DNA of 59,656 bases, counting the filler, from Sphacelaria rigidula (Eukaryota): assembly GCA_964200075.2 (NCBI GenBank). It is 10 parts of 10 records of this genome, joined end to end, with 100 filler letters (N's around TTAATTAATTAA, not from the genome) between each part and the next. Parts side by side here need not be neighbours in the genome. Positions count along the whole stretch, not along the records: positions 35,857 to 41,731 come from CAXNAA020023804.1; positions 41,832 to 47,706 come from CAXNAA020023805.1; positions 47,807 to 53,681 come from CAXNAA020023806.1; 7 more parts are not named here. One strand, given 5' to 3'. Of this stretch, positions 37,095 through 50,236 are shown piece after piece (positions within the stretch are counted from its first letter, which is position 1; every line of letters starts with the position of its first letter). Below the pieces are notes generated by a model. That model was not told the DNA's origin, searched no databases, and was given only the letters and a program-made list of their open reading frames with translations. The position numbers and the translations under genes were made by a program.

Positions 37095-37788
37095 TCTTTT
37101 GGGTGAGCTACGAGAGCAGCGTGAGCTACACATGTTTGCCTTGGGTGAGCTATCGAGCGTAGCTCATCCGCTCATGTTTTCCCTGGGTGAGCTACGAGAG
37201 CTGCATGAGCTACACATGTTTTCCCTGGGTGAGCGGTAAGAGCTGCGTGAGCTGCACATGTTTTCCCGGAGTGAGCTACAAGAGCTAGGTGAGCTACGCA
37301 TGTTGTCCTTGGGCGAGCTACTGGACGTAGCTCATCCGTGCATGTTTGCCCTGTGTGAGCTGTGAGAGCTACATGAGCTGCACATGTTTGCCCTGGGTGA
37401 GCTACTAACCCGTAGCTCATTAGCTGAGATTCGCCCTGAGTGAGCTATGGGAGCTGCATGAGCTACGCACGTTTCCCCTGGATGAGCTACCAACCCGTAG
37501 TTCATCAGCTCATATTTACCCTAGGTGAGCTATGAGAGCTGCATGATCTACGCATGTTTCCCCTGAGTGAGCTATCAACCCGTAGCTCATCAGCTCATAG
37601 TTACCCTAGGTGAGCTATGAGAGCTGCATGAGCTACGCATGTTTGTCTTGGGTGAGCTACCAACTCGTAGCTCATCAGCGTACATTTACCTTGTGTTGAG
37701 CTATCGGATGTAGCTTACCTGTACATGTTTGCCTACAAGTGAGCTACCGCCCACAGATGAGCTAGCTCATGAGCTGTCCGACGTGTGG
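37095..37788. repeat. Degenerate ~40-bp tandem array ending in the TIR of the 8459-8715 family
   Basis: Units GTGAGCTA..AGAGCTGCATGAGCTACACATGTTT..CCTGG; ends TAGCTCATGAGCTGTCCGACGTGTGG. Confidence 0.8.
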
Positions 37789-37949
37789 AATTTTTCAAAG
37801 AAACGAGCAGAACTTTTCGAAAAACTGCTCGACCCATGACGCCATTATCTCGAGTACAGGGCAGTACACTCAAGACAAAAATACTTTTGCAGTGGTGTAT
37901 GCACTAAAGAGTACTAGACTCAACTCAAAACAACACAGATGTTCTGTAG

Positions 37950-38281
37950 CATCACGAGAAATCATGCGCCATTCTAATCGCGTTCCGCACGAGAAGGAGA
38001 AGAACCAACAGCAGCAGTATCAGCAGCATCTTTACTGCCAGTAGCTGTACGCGGCTGGGGGTGGGTCTAAATCAGCCGGTGCCGATTTGTGCGTGTGTGT
38101 CAGCACTGTCCAGCACGGTAGCTATCACTTGTAAGGTGCGTGGGTGTTGTCGCACGGTCGAAACGCGGACCGTGTACGATCAAGAGCAGCACCAGCACCA
38201 GCACCATCACCAGCATCGGCGCCGGTTAATTCAGACCCACCCCCAGCCACGTACATTTCCTGGCAATATATATGCTGCTGA

Positions 38282-38316
<35 letters not shown>

Positions 38317-39870
38317 CTCGTGCGGACGGTTCACGGCACTTGACAGCCCCCCGCATACACGCAAGACATAGAGAACCTCGTTCGATATTTTGCTGGCGTC
38401 GCGTCAGCGGCCCATAAATGTTCCCCCGGAGCGGAAAACACCCTTTGAGTACATTTGGGTCATTTGCGAGTCAGCATCACGCTCAAACGCGGAAATCAAA
38501 CTCGGCGACGTAGAGTGGGTGTGTGGGAAGCGCGCTCGCGCATCGTTCAGGCTATACCTCATCATCCACACAGGACAGCCTTTGTGTGACATAAATCCGT
38601 CCAGTATTCAATGAAAGGCGACGCGTGCGTGCAACGAAAAACGGTAAGACTCGCAGTCTTCGCATGAACCTCCGGTTACGTGCGCTGATTAACGGGCTGT
38701 ATTCAACTTCCAAAACTTACAACAGTCTTCGCATAACCCTCCGGTTACGCGCGCCGATCGACGGGCTGTATTCAGTTTCAAAAACTTGGAATCCAGATCT
38801 GCACTCAGGTTGAGAAATGCGCCGGGTGTGAAAGTGGTCGTTAGGCCGGATGTTATGGCAAACAGAATTTTCGCCCACGCATTCTTCACTTTCATGACGT
38901 TTGACCCACCTTTTGACCCCCAAGCCGAGAAAACCGCCAACAAACGTCTCGCACACTTCGCATCACCCCACAGAGAGGAGCCTAGTCTACTTTTTCAGAT
39001 TCGTTTGGCTTCGCGGTTCGAAATTGACTGCGGAACAAAAATCTGCGCGTAAATATCTGTGCCTGCCGACCCCCGCCAGTTTGGCCAAACTGGCGTGCCC
39101 AAACGCCGGTAGCGTCTGTATGCCGCTCACGATCGAGCAAACAGATACACTCTTCGTTGCAGACCTTGTGTGTCGCGACAGTCTCTCTGCATTGCTGTCT
39201 TGCGTCGAGGAGTAGTAGGGTCTCCGGTCGCGCGAACACGTCTCCGGTCGTGAAGTGATGCCACCATAACGACCAGTGATGAGTCTCATCAAGGAGTTAT
39301 GCTTAGATCGGGGCACAGATCTGCGCACGAGTAAAAATTGCGACAGTTCTGGAAGCAGCGTTAGCCCGGAAACTCTGTAGTGCTGTGGACAAGACCAACG
39401 AGGTAGCACAGCGCCGATACATCGAGCCACGAAAACCGACGCATAGACGCCCACATCCCCGCGCATTTTTCAAGCGCTAGCTCGTCTTCTACACAAGACA
39501 GCCTTTGTTTGACGGAACGCCGTCCAGTATTTCATTGAAGGCGGTGGTGTGCGTTTCAAATAGCAACCGAAAACGTAGTGTTGCTGACTATTTCGGTACA
39601 CAACAACTCTAGCATTCTCTCATGTTTTACCCTTCACGCTGTAGCCTGAGCTACTGGCAATAACGATGCTGCTGATACTGCTGCTGTTGCTTCTTCTCGT
39701 GCGGAAGGCGGTCCGCGTTTCGACCTGCGACAATACCCATACCTCCTTGGCCGTGACTGCCGCTCTCCTTGAAGTCGCTGGTCTGTTCGCGTGCTGTTTT
39801 ACAGGTTCTGTATCACTTGTTTCCCACCTTAGCATACTCGGTTAGAACGGTGCGTAATTTCTCGTGATAA
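37950..39870. repeat. Compound inverted/direct repeat region
   Basis: ~37980-38086 inverted against ~38215-38330 and ~39648-39706; ~38567-38630 direct with ~39491-39555. Confidence 0.55.
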
Positions 39871-41831
39871 TGAAGTTGTGAACCGCCAATTTACCATCCA
39901 TCACTATCACAAAATAATGATCATTTTCCTTGTTTCGTTAACCCTTTGACCGCGAGGGTAGGTCACCTGCTGGATCGGCATCACTATATACTTGAAAAAA
40001 TTCTGCGTCATCCAGACGGACTACCCGCACCGCTGTCTAATTATAACAAAACCTCATAATCTATTTTGATCATTCCTAATCAACCATAGATTATATGACC
40101 AACACGCAGGTGTTTGAGCATCTTCGGTAGACTGCGCATGTCTGTCTGTTCAGTACTGCCTGAGCGTCGTACTAACTCAACACCTCCATCTGGTATCAAA
40201 CGTCATGGCGCAACACGCGAGCGGCGGTCACGAGTACCTGACGCACGTAGGTGTAGACAAGTAATTCGACGGTGAGACGACCGCCATCGCCGAGCAATTG
40301 CTGTACGGTAGTCAGGGGCGTTTGCGGCGGTAGTCATGGTGCGATATCCAAACGCATGCTTCGTACACTCGGCACGTTCAACACTGTAAGATCTAGTACG
40401 CCACAGACCGCACATGCAGCCGCGGCACGAGACACTACAGACTGCACAGCAAACATATGAGGCGTAATAATCAGGTGGTCGACAACCACATCACCGTGTG
40501 TGTTATGACGCAACTATGTACCTCTTATGCACTCCCGGTCCCTTCCGCCGTAGAGTAGGCGTTTTGAGTTGTGACAAAGGAATGATTTTGAACCCAAGAA
40601 AGTGTAGTGTCTACCTCAGTCTACCAGCGGGGGGATCGCTGTCTAAGGGTTAAAGTGGATTGTGAAAAAGGGGAATCTCCTTCGTTAAAAAGGGCCCTTA
40701 CAGCTCTAGCATTCTCCCTCCTTCACGCCGACGGCTCAGATGCCGCCGAGGAAGTCGAGTCCCATCGGTCTTCATTGTAGGCGTCTGTCTCTTCTGTCCC
40801 TTTTCCATCACATTTCCAATCTTAGAAAGGGTAGGAACATTGGAACCGCAATGCGAAGCAGAGCGATCTATGAAAGATCGACATGCTCTTTGCTTTGTAT
40901 CATTTTGTGGTATATAAGTGTGTCACATGTAATCTATTTCCACGAGATGCCGTGCTGCTGGATGCATCTACTATTTTTACATGCCTGGGCACTGGGACAC
41001 TGATCGGTCCACGGGCGCCTGGGGTTTTCATGTCCGGGTTCTGGGATGCCTTCGGTTCCGCTGACACCGGAATAGGACAACGTCCTCGTGTTGGTAACAA
41101 AGCGGTGGGTATGATGCTCATCATGCGAGCCTTGTGCTCTTTGGTTTAACATTATCGAAATGATTGTTGCTTCTTGTCAGCACTACCCCGATCGCTGAGA
41201 GGTTATCCTCCTTGGGAAGTTGCCCACCAGTCACCGTTGACATGTCAGATATTTTCCCGTCCATGTCTGCATTGTTCAAACGCCGTTTTTTTTCCTTCTT
41301 TTGTGGCTCTCTTTGATCTTCGAATTGTGACCTCGGGCTACTGCTCAACCCTTGAGCGTTTTGGTAGGACGCTCGAACAGTCTGTTGAACCGCCACATCC
41401 GTTTCCGTTACCCGGTATTTTCGGATTTCGACTCCGGGTGTGAGCGCTTTGCTAACCCGTTATCATGACGGTGTATACCGAGGAGGTGTTTATATTGTGG
41501 TGTTTCATCAGCTCGATAGGTTAGGTCAGCTGCTGGGCCGTAGCTTTTGAGTCTTAACGACACTTTCTACGATAGCCCCCCCCCCAAACCAGCTAAAAGT
41601 GTCACGAAAAAATGGCTATATAGCGCCTGATGTTCGGCTTCATGCTGCATGAAGCGCCTCATATTGACAACATTGGCTAGAACAAACCCAAGCGTGGGCA
41701 TCCCAAGCTTCTCGTTGTGCTGGGCGTTTCCNNNNNNNNNNNNNNNNNNNNNNNNNNNNNNNNNNNNNNNNNNNNTTAATTAATTAANNNNNNNNNNNNN
41801 NNNNNNNNNNNNNNNNNNNNNNNNNNNNNNN

Positions 41832-42003
41832 GTAGATACTTCTTCAGCGCATTTTATCGACTCTGTGAGCTTACAGCGCTGTCCGAAACCGCCATTTTTA
41901 CTTATTTTTCTGGGGGGGGGGGGGGGGATATCAGGGAAAACAGCAGTTTCGGTCAACGCTGTAAGCTCACAGAGTCGGTATAATGCGCTGAAGAAGTATC
42001 TAC
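41832..42003. repeat. Hairpin/MITE with ~65-bp arms
   Basis: GTAGATACTTCTTCAGCGCATT..ACTCTGTGAGCTTACAGCG and its reverse complement at ~41938-42003. Confidence 0.85.
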
Positions 42004-42129
42004 ACGATCGAGGGGCATTGGGCCGACAAAAAAGTCATCGGGCCCCATCGCTGAAAGTGTGGATAAAGTACTGTTTTAGGCTCGAACCTCGTTTCATTAA
42101 TGAACCTCATTTATAGAATCCTCTGTTAC

Positions 42130-45100
42130 TGAATGAAGTGGGGCGGGAAATCGTCCATACAAAATTACACGCCATAATCCTATATTTTCGCCACGCGAGA
42201 AGGCGTGTGCCCCCAGTAGATATGTACTGCAAGCACTACATCGGGTATACCTCAAATAACAGGACTAGTCTCTTATTCGTACTTCCCCTGTATGTCATGA
42301 TCCAGTCTTGATATCCATTTCCCTTGCATCCAGGCAGATCCTGGAGCGTACGTATAATCGATTAGCCTCCCTGCTTACGGCTCTAGGACTGACAGTTTAT
42401 CCTGAATACACAGTGCCTCATTCTAGAACGGGAAAACTATTTCATGTTCTTTCAAACATGAACCCAACACTATATTACAAAGAACTAAAAAAGAAAACCC
42501 GATCCCGTCAGGAAAAAACCTTTCCAGCCACGCACAGACGTCACAAACTCGTCTACTTTTGCAACCGGAAGCTCAAATCCTGAATATAATCAGCTCTTCG
42601 TAACCTATCCATGCTCCATTTCAACAATTGTTTACGTCAGTCAGCACAAAACAAATAGATATATGTGTATCAATCTCATTCATTGCCAGTTCCCAAATCT
42701 TTCTTGGGACAACCAAAAATCACACATGAATGCACAGTGGACGTTTTTTCATGCTCTTCAGTTACCATGGTTGCATCCAAGAAACACACGCAATCTTCCA
42801 ACACTTGAATCTGTCAAAAACGCACTATTCTCATGGTAAGAAGATGCTGTTGTCTATGTGAAAATCGATCCAACATACCGTCTACAACACGATCTACATC
42901 AGGCAAGTGTCTACAGTCAACATGTTCAGTGACCGAGGTATCATCCCACTGAACAAACAAATGACTCCTCGAAATAGTAGCAAAATAAACACTGCAAAAT
43001 GAAAACTTGCAGTAATGGTGTGCATACCACTTCCCCTCGAGTTCGAGAACAAAATTCAAATTCAAATCGAATCAAGTCAAGTTCAAATCGGTAAAACTAG
43101 AGGTATGCTCGAATACAAAAATATATAGATTGCCCATCTGTCCCAACATAAGAACATCATACCTGCTCCTGTTTGTACCACTCTGTATCCTAGAAAAACA
43201 ATATGAGCCTCCCTGATGCCGACCATCTATCAACTGCCTAGAATAGTTGATATAACCCACATCAGTGAAAACTTGCAAGCTTGGATCATTTTGTGTCAGA
43301 ACACGAAAAAACAAAATTCGAACCTCGTTCACTTCATAGACCCTAGAATACCCAGAGAAAACTTATGTAGCAGTACACTCGTGCATTTCACAACGACTTG
43401 TACTGCTTATATCTTATCAGGGAGAAACTCGGAACATAAAACCAAACTCTGTAAGCACTAAAAATATTGTAAGCAAAATCAGCGGTTGATCAGTCCACTT
43501 AATTTCGAATTACTGATCTTTGATGCAAATTTCGCTCGTCATCCGGCCCGATAAATTCCCAAATCGTCAAACTCATCGTTCCACTCTCAGATGCCTTCTC
43601 TTTCACAAAACAATCAATCCCTGTACACCAAAGTCCAAGTGCATGCAAAGAAATCAAACTAGGAGTTACTCTGCATAAACAGGATTATCACCCCAAATAT
43701 ATCAGGACGGATATTACTCCTTGAATAAACGCCACACCCTGAGAGAATATGACATAAATTGCTCCGTATTAAAAAGCCCCCCCCCCCCCGATTCAATATC
43801 ACATATTGATTTGCAGGGAGTATTGCTTTCAAGTTCCACATGAAAACATAATCGATGACCCCAGTCAGTTCTCGTGACTATCCTGGTGCATAGTCAGTCC
43901 CGCATGTTGAACGTCGGGTGGATAGTCAATTGTTTAGTGACACCCAAGACAAAAATCGTTCCACTCTCGGAAGTATACTCGAGGTTGAATCCACGCCATG
44001 TTCTTTCCGCAATTAAAAATGTCCAACCCAAAATCCAGAGTCGGCGAATCAATTTGTCAAAAACGTTTTAGCGCAGATCGCAAAATATCAAATTCCCTCT
44101 CGAAATCCATAACCAATGGATCAAATTGTCCAAAATACCCCGCCGTGGATCACCCCATCACATTATTGTTCTCCCAAAATACTCCGCTGTGGATAACCCC
44201 ATCACATGAGTTTTCTTCGTTTTTAATTACCCGAAAAGAGAATCATGGAAGCAAACAGTCAATCCCCCCCCCATCATCTTCTTTCTCGATAATTCTAAAA
44301 TCATTGCAATCATGCGAAGGATCAAGTTAAAAAACTCATTACCAAACTACGGTAGTACTTCGTAGGGCGTAGGGAACAAAAACTAGAACAATCAAACAAA
44401 ATATGCAACCACGGGACGTTTCACATGGTTGGCATGTCACGTTGCTGCGAACAACGAGACGAAAATATTCCGAATCAAATCCAAACTTCCAAAGAAATCG
44501 AATGATAAAAATCTAACTGCCAAAGCGTGTTTGGTTCCTGCCCCCTGGCTTCTGCTTAGTCCCCCAAGCGGTTGCGTTGTCGTCGCCCAAGCCGCGGTCG
44601 CTGTTTCGGTTTGGTTCTTGCGGTGTCGCGGTTCGGGCTTCGTCATTGTTGTGCACATCCGCCTGGGTTCGAAAGCAGTTGCCTCGCCATAAAGATTTGC
44701 TCGCTGCACCGGGGGCAGGTCACGCGTAGCGGTAGAAAATAGTCGCAGAAATAAGTCGTCGGTTGTATTTCACGCAAAAAAACGAAAAATATTCGAAAAC
44801 ATCGTGCGTGCGTCATATTAAAGATGAAATTCCTCCCCTATAAACCCATGCGTCTTTCCTCGCGACGCTGTCAAAATCAATTCACAGTACCATGCCATGG
44901 ATACACAAAATCCGCCCTAACGGTCGTCGATGGCCCACTGTGCTTAACTTCCCTCGCGATACAAAAACATGAGCAAGCATCGCAGAAGGTGGAGTACGAA
45001 AAAAACGCAACGAAAAAAAAGCAAGGAACAAAAACAAATCCTGTGTTGACCCTCATCCTGTCAGACTCCGGCTGGTGCGCCCACATATACCGAAAAGTGT

Positions 45101-47439
45101 AGACTGGGGTCCAGAATTATGGGACGACAACTCACACACGTAGTACTACTACCTACATTTTTGCTGGCTCGCCAGAATTAAAACAATTCAACTGCACCCA
45201 GTGTAAATCACACAAGCTCGTCAAGCTCTACTATACTGTGATGCAATAATTATTGATTAACCCGCGGGGGAGGCATGGAAATTTCGAACAATACATTCTT
45301 GCTCAACGTGCTTCCTCTACATGTTTGTATGCGGGGAACCATGCACGCTCTACAAACAATATATGCATAAGGCTTATCAAAGTATATCTTTGAATCCAAG
45401 ATTGATCACGCCGGGGGGGTAGGGGAGCATGCCCAACAAACAAATTCCACAATCGAAAATCAAAGAGCATATCATTGGTCTGCATTTGTAAATCAAATCG
45501 AAGAGCATCTCAGATGTGCTTGCGTTGCTTCTTCGGGGGAACCGACTGAAAAACAAATGGGGAAGACCGTGCACAGTACAATCAGGCCAACAGGGTAGAA
45601 TGGTTGAGTGCCATGCCCTACAGATCAGCGCAGTGTATTATGATACAGTGCAGACGCGAGAATCAGCACATGTACTTACGCGACGTGTTCCGCACTTTCA
45701 TGGCGGTAGATAACACCCCCTTCTACAGTCGAGGGGGTCATATCATTCTGCAGTGGAGAAGGGGAAAACCAAAGTCTTACACAGATGAGAATCAAAGCAG
45801 AGCACACATAAAACACTCCAAAACACACGTGCGCCCCGTCTCATTACAGAGAGATCAGGGCGTGATGCTGAATGGAAAAGCAAATAAACACGAGTCGAAG
45901 AATTCTTGAAAACCTGGTTCTCGATCCGAACAAAAATAATGACTCATGAAATCGAAACATGAAATCGACTACTGTATCAACTAACCAACTACGGTAGATG
46001 ACGGAATATAACACCCCTACACGACGAAATATGAAATCACATCGATACCCTCGGGGCAGACATGAATGAAATATACTGCATAGATGGGCAGGGCAAAACA
46101 GTGATCGAAAAAACAGGGGATAAAAGGGAAGGGCAATATATTGCCAAAAAAAAACAATCCGACTGTAAGCCTGCAAAATGAATATTCGACATGGTACACG
46201 TGACCAGACATTAATTTAGTGTGGCGTTGTATAATACCCCCAGTTCAACAGAAGAACAAGGACATATGACACTCTAGAAAGCAAGAAAGCACGCAAACCA
46301 ACTCGCAAACTAGAATAGAATTGACTACTTACCGAGAACAAAACATTCTTGAAGTCATCCTACTCTTCGATCCTAGTGGTTCTATCAAGAAGATTCGATG
46401 TTCAATCGAAGGAAAAAATTTCAAAGGAAAACGTGCCTTTTGAGCACTGCGGCTCGTCTTGAGGTAGAAGCTGGAAAGCTGATGACGTTGTTGTCCTGGA
46501 CGTGGCTGTTCATTGGCGTTCGGATGCTAGAGTTGGTGACACGCGTGTCGAGGGATATTGCCGCTGCCAATCTTCGGTACCGTTCCGCTCCAGTCAGCTT
46601 AAAATACAAAACAAAGATGAATACATGCCTTCGGGGCTCCTCCGCCCATCTGAGATTAAAGCTGAGAAGCTGACGATTTTGTTTTCCTGGATACAGCTGC
46701 TCACTGGCGTTTGGATGCTAGAGTTGGTGATGCGCGTGTCGGGGGGTGTTTCCGCTGCCGATCTTCGGTACTGCACTGTCCAGTTAGCTCTTGTGGTGCT
46801 GCGATACTGTCCGTTGATGTTGTGTTTCTTCTTGTTGTCTGCGGCGTATGCGCGTTTCGATGCCTCGTTGTTGAAAAGCCCGTTTCAACTCTCCTTTTGA
46901 ATACCGCAGAGATATTTTATAGCATGTTTGACGTTTTAAGAAAGTCTTGAGGTCGCTTGAGCGAAGCGTAGCCTGATGCCCTGGGGACTAATCCTACGAC
47001 ATGTAAATCCCTAGCATTCCGTACATGAGCCCTGACCCAGGTCATGCAAGCATAATAGGAAGCCTCATGCACCGGGTGCATTGTCGGGGGAAGTTGTAGG
47101 CCTACCATGGCCAGTTGAGACCAGGTATTATTCATGTAATTAATTCACCCATATTTGCCCACTCACACACACTCAACACACACTGAAACCACCACTGAAT
47201 GAAGTGGGGCGGGAAATCGTTCATACAAAATCACACGCCATAATCTCATATTTTCGCCACGCGAGAAGGCGTGTGCCCCCAGTAGATATGTACTGCAAGC
47301 ACTACATCGGGTATACCTCAAATAACAGGACTACTAGTAGTCTCTTATTCGTACTTCCCCTGTATGTCGTGATCCAATCTTGATATTCATTTCCCTTGCA
47401 TCCAGGCAGATCCTGGAGCGTACGTATAATCGATTAGCA
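42130..47439 (-). mobile_element. Non-coding LTR element (LARD-like); LTRs 42130-42367 and 47196-47439
   Basis: ~240-bp direct repeats TGAATG...TTAGC(A/C) differing by about 8 substitutions and one 6-bp indel; PBS-like TGGTGGTTTC on the minus strand at 47185-47194; no long ORF inside; no clear 4-6 bp TSD. Confidence 0.8.
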
Positions 47440-47636
47440 TCGTTGCGAAGTTTTCATTTTCAGAATAGAAATGTGATTGCTGTGCTGTGGAGAGCGGCGT
47501 TACTCCTGGCAGCCAATGCCCTCCGTCTTCCCCTCGAGAGGAACCGAGTGCCCGCTTTATCTGTGCATTGCGGTTGAGTTTGCACGAGCTCATAGTATTG
47601 CGTTTATTGAAAATGTTCGGAGTAGTACCTGCGGTC

Positions 47637-47706
47637 GCCCCGGTGGCTCAGTTGGTAACCTCGTAACCTTCTGATGGTTGAGTTGGGGGGTTCGATTCCC
47701 GGAGCG
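47637..47706 (+). mobile_element. tRNA-derived SINE head or tRNA pseudogene, cut by contig end
   Basis: Box A TGGCTCAGTTGG, box B GGTTCGATTCC, stem TAACC/GGTTG around TTCTGAT; D-stem does not pair. Confidence 0.7.
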
Positions 47707-49870
47707 NNNNNNNNNNNNNNNNNNNNNNNNNNNNNNNNNNNNNNNNNNNNTTAATTAATTAANNNNNNNNNNNNNNNNNNNNNNNNNNNNNNNNNNNNNN
47801 NNNNNNCAAGAGTCTAGAGGTGAGGGGGGCGTACTCATTCGTGAGGGGGGGTGTTGCTGGGTGGGGGGGGGGGGTTCCATCTCTCTCCCTCTAGAGTGAC
47901 TTTGTGTGAGCCATGTCTCTACCGGTGTTCAATGCCTGCGGAGGGGTTTACTGTCCAGCCTCCAGAGAGATAATATGCTTACAAAGCCCTTTCTCCGTCT
48001 AGAGGGATCAATTTTCGTGTGGAGGGATTTTGGGGGGTAGCCAAATGGCCGCGTGTGATGATAGCTGGTTTCTGACCGCATGAGGCACCTCATCTGGGTG
48101 ACATTGGCAGTAACGATCCCAAGCGTGAGAGCTCCAAGCTGTCCCGTGTGCTCCGATTCCATCATTGTGAGTCCCATCAAGGTTTTGTGTCCCTAAACCA
48201 TCCACTCTTCTGGATGGGGACTGTCGCGGTATCACTCAAGATTTTTGACAACCCTTGGATCAATAGTCATGCCATATGGTGATTCTTGTCGGGAAGATTC
48301 CTCACACTTCCACCCGGTTATATGCATCTGCAAACAAAAAGGACGATACGACCTTTCACCAAACACTGTTCAATACATTTTCGAACATATCTTGTTATCA
48401 AATATACAAGCAACTACCGGACCCCATCACGAACCAGTTGCACCAACCCTTGCGTGATTTGTACAACCAGTGGAAAAAGAAGTACAGTGAGGGTTCAGAG
48501 TATTTTCGTTGGACTCCGCAGACTTTTCCCGAGCGTTCACGAGGGCATACCGCTAGAGCACGCAGCGAGAATCACCTTTTCATCTCGTACAATACTGGAG
48601 GGAGACCGAGAGCCATCATGTAAACCACTGCTAACCGTACCCCTTGTATCAGGTCCATCCTCGATGACGTCACTCATCGTTCGAGGATTTTTTACTCAGA
48701 AGAAAATACAGACACTTCGTCTCTCTGTGCTCGCCACGTTTTTGCTATCTAGACAGGCTATTTATGCTTTCACCCGTCCGTCCGATACAACAAGAAAAAC
48801 CCAGGCCGGAAACTCGGGGAAATACCGGGAGCAATACCCTCGTTAGTCGCCATGAACAACAAAAAAGCACAACAGGCACAAGCACAATATCCACACACTC
48901 ACGCGCACGCATGGAACCGATATATATATATATTCATCAAGAAAGCTTTAGGGAAGTACACTCATCAGAAACATGGCGCATTATGCCGAAAAACACTAGA
49001 CTCAACAATATATTCATGCTCAGGGGCTAGAAAGGCCTGGAAGCAATACATCGCCACATGATCCCAACTCAAACTTTCAAGTTTTAGAAGCTTGTCGACC
49101 TTATCGGGCTCGACCGACGCCTCGAGACATACTTGTGGTGCAGAACTTCCGCCTTCGTACGCTGGGGGCAACACACAACAAGCACACAGGGGCATTCCTT
49201 GACCTATCGTCTGAAACTCCTGTCGGGTACTTCACTAGCACAAGGGCGTCAATCATCTCAAACACAAACTACACTCGTAAGACAAAATATTGCGTCTGCA
49301 TCAAAACGCGGTGGGGGGAAGGGGGGTTACATATTTTAGGGCGATAACCAGCGATGTATTCGTGAGAGGTCTGAGAACCAACACTCGTCGTAGTGTTGTA
49401 GACCACCGCTGTGGCGGCACCGTTTGAAAACAGGTCTATGTACCCCGAATATATCACAAACCGTACCTCTCAAGTCTTCCGCCAGAAAAGAAATATCCTA
49501 CTTAGTGCATTCGAAAGAAGCAAACTGGTACTGGTAGAACAACCGCAGCGAAAAATATAGCGTACAGGTAACCCACTTGCCAAAACAACTGTTATCCAGC
49601 ACACTTTTGCGCATTCTTTGCGCGCTATGCTTTCCCGCCTGATTTCAACTGCGAGACAAACTACTGCTTCCGCCCAACAAGGCGGAGAGTTTACACACAT
49701 AAAAGTGAATCAGAACCATAGCGCTAATACGGGGCAAGCTATTCAAGTCAGTTCTGCGTGCGCACGACAGCACAGCTCATCATATCGCAGAATCAAACTT
49801 ACTGACTCTAGCGTGCACCAAACAAAATGCTCTGTCTAGCACAGATCAAAATACGCTGCTACTTGGCCCG

Positions 49871-50236
49871 CAAAAACAAAAAACAAGAATGGATCCCTCC
49901 GTCTGGTTGCCACTTGTGCCACAACTTCCAACTCAGCACATGCCACTTACCACCTCCCCCCCCCCCCATCTGGCGTCAACAGAACGGTGCTCATCATCCC
50001 GGATACGCACACCACGATACCAACGGTTCCCTTCACCCTACCGGATAAGCGTCCAAAAACAAAAAACAAAAATGGATCCCCCCCTCTGGTTGCCACTTGT
50101 GCCACAACTTCCAACTCAGCACATGCCACTTCCCCCCCCCCCCCCCCCCCCATCTGGCGTCAACAGAACGGTGCTCATCATCCCGGATACGCACACAACG
50201 ATACCAACGGTTCGCTTCACGCTACGGGATAAGCGT
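49871..50236. repeat. Tandem duplication of a ~183-bp unit
   Basis: 49871-50053 and 50054-50236 nearly identical, each with an internal C-run. Confidence 0.9.

Noticed and set aside
37095..37788. CRISPR-like array
   Set aside because: No constant repeat with unique spacers, no cas genes; degenerate tandem units ending in a TIR
47637..47706. Functional tRNA-Gln
   Set aside because: D-stem and acceptor stem do not pair; truncated
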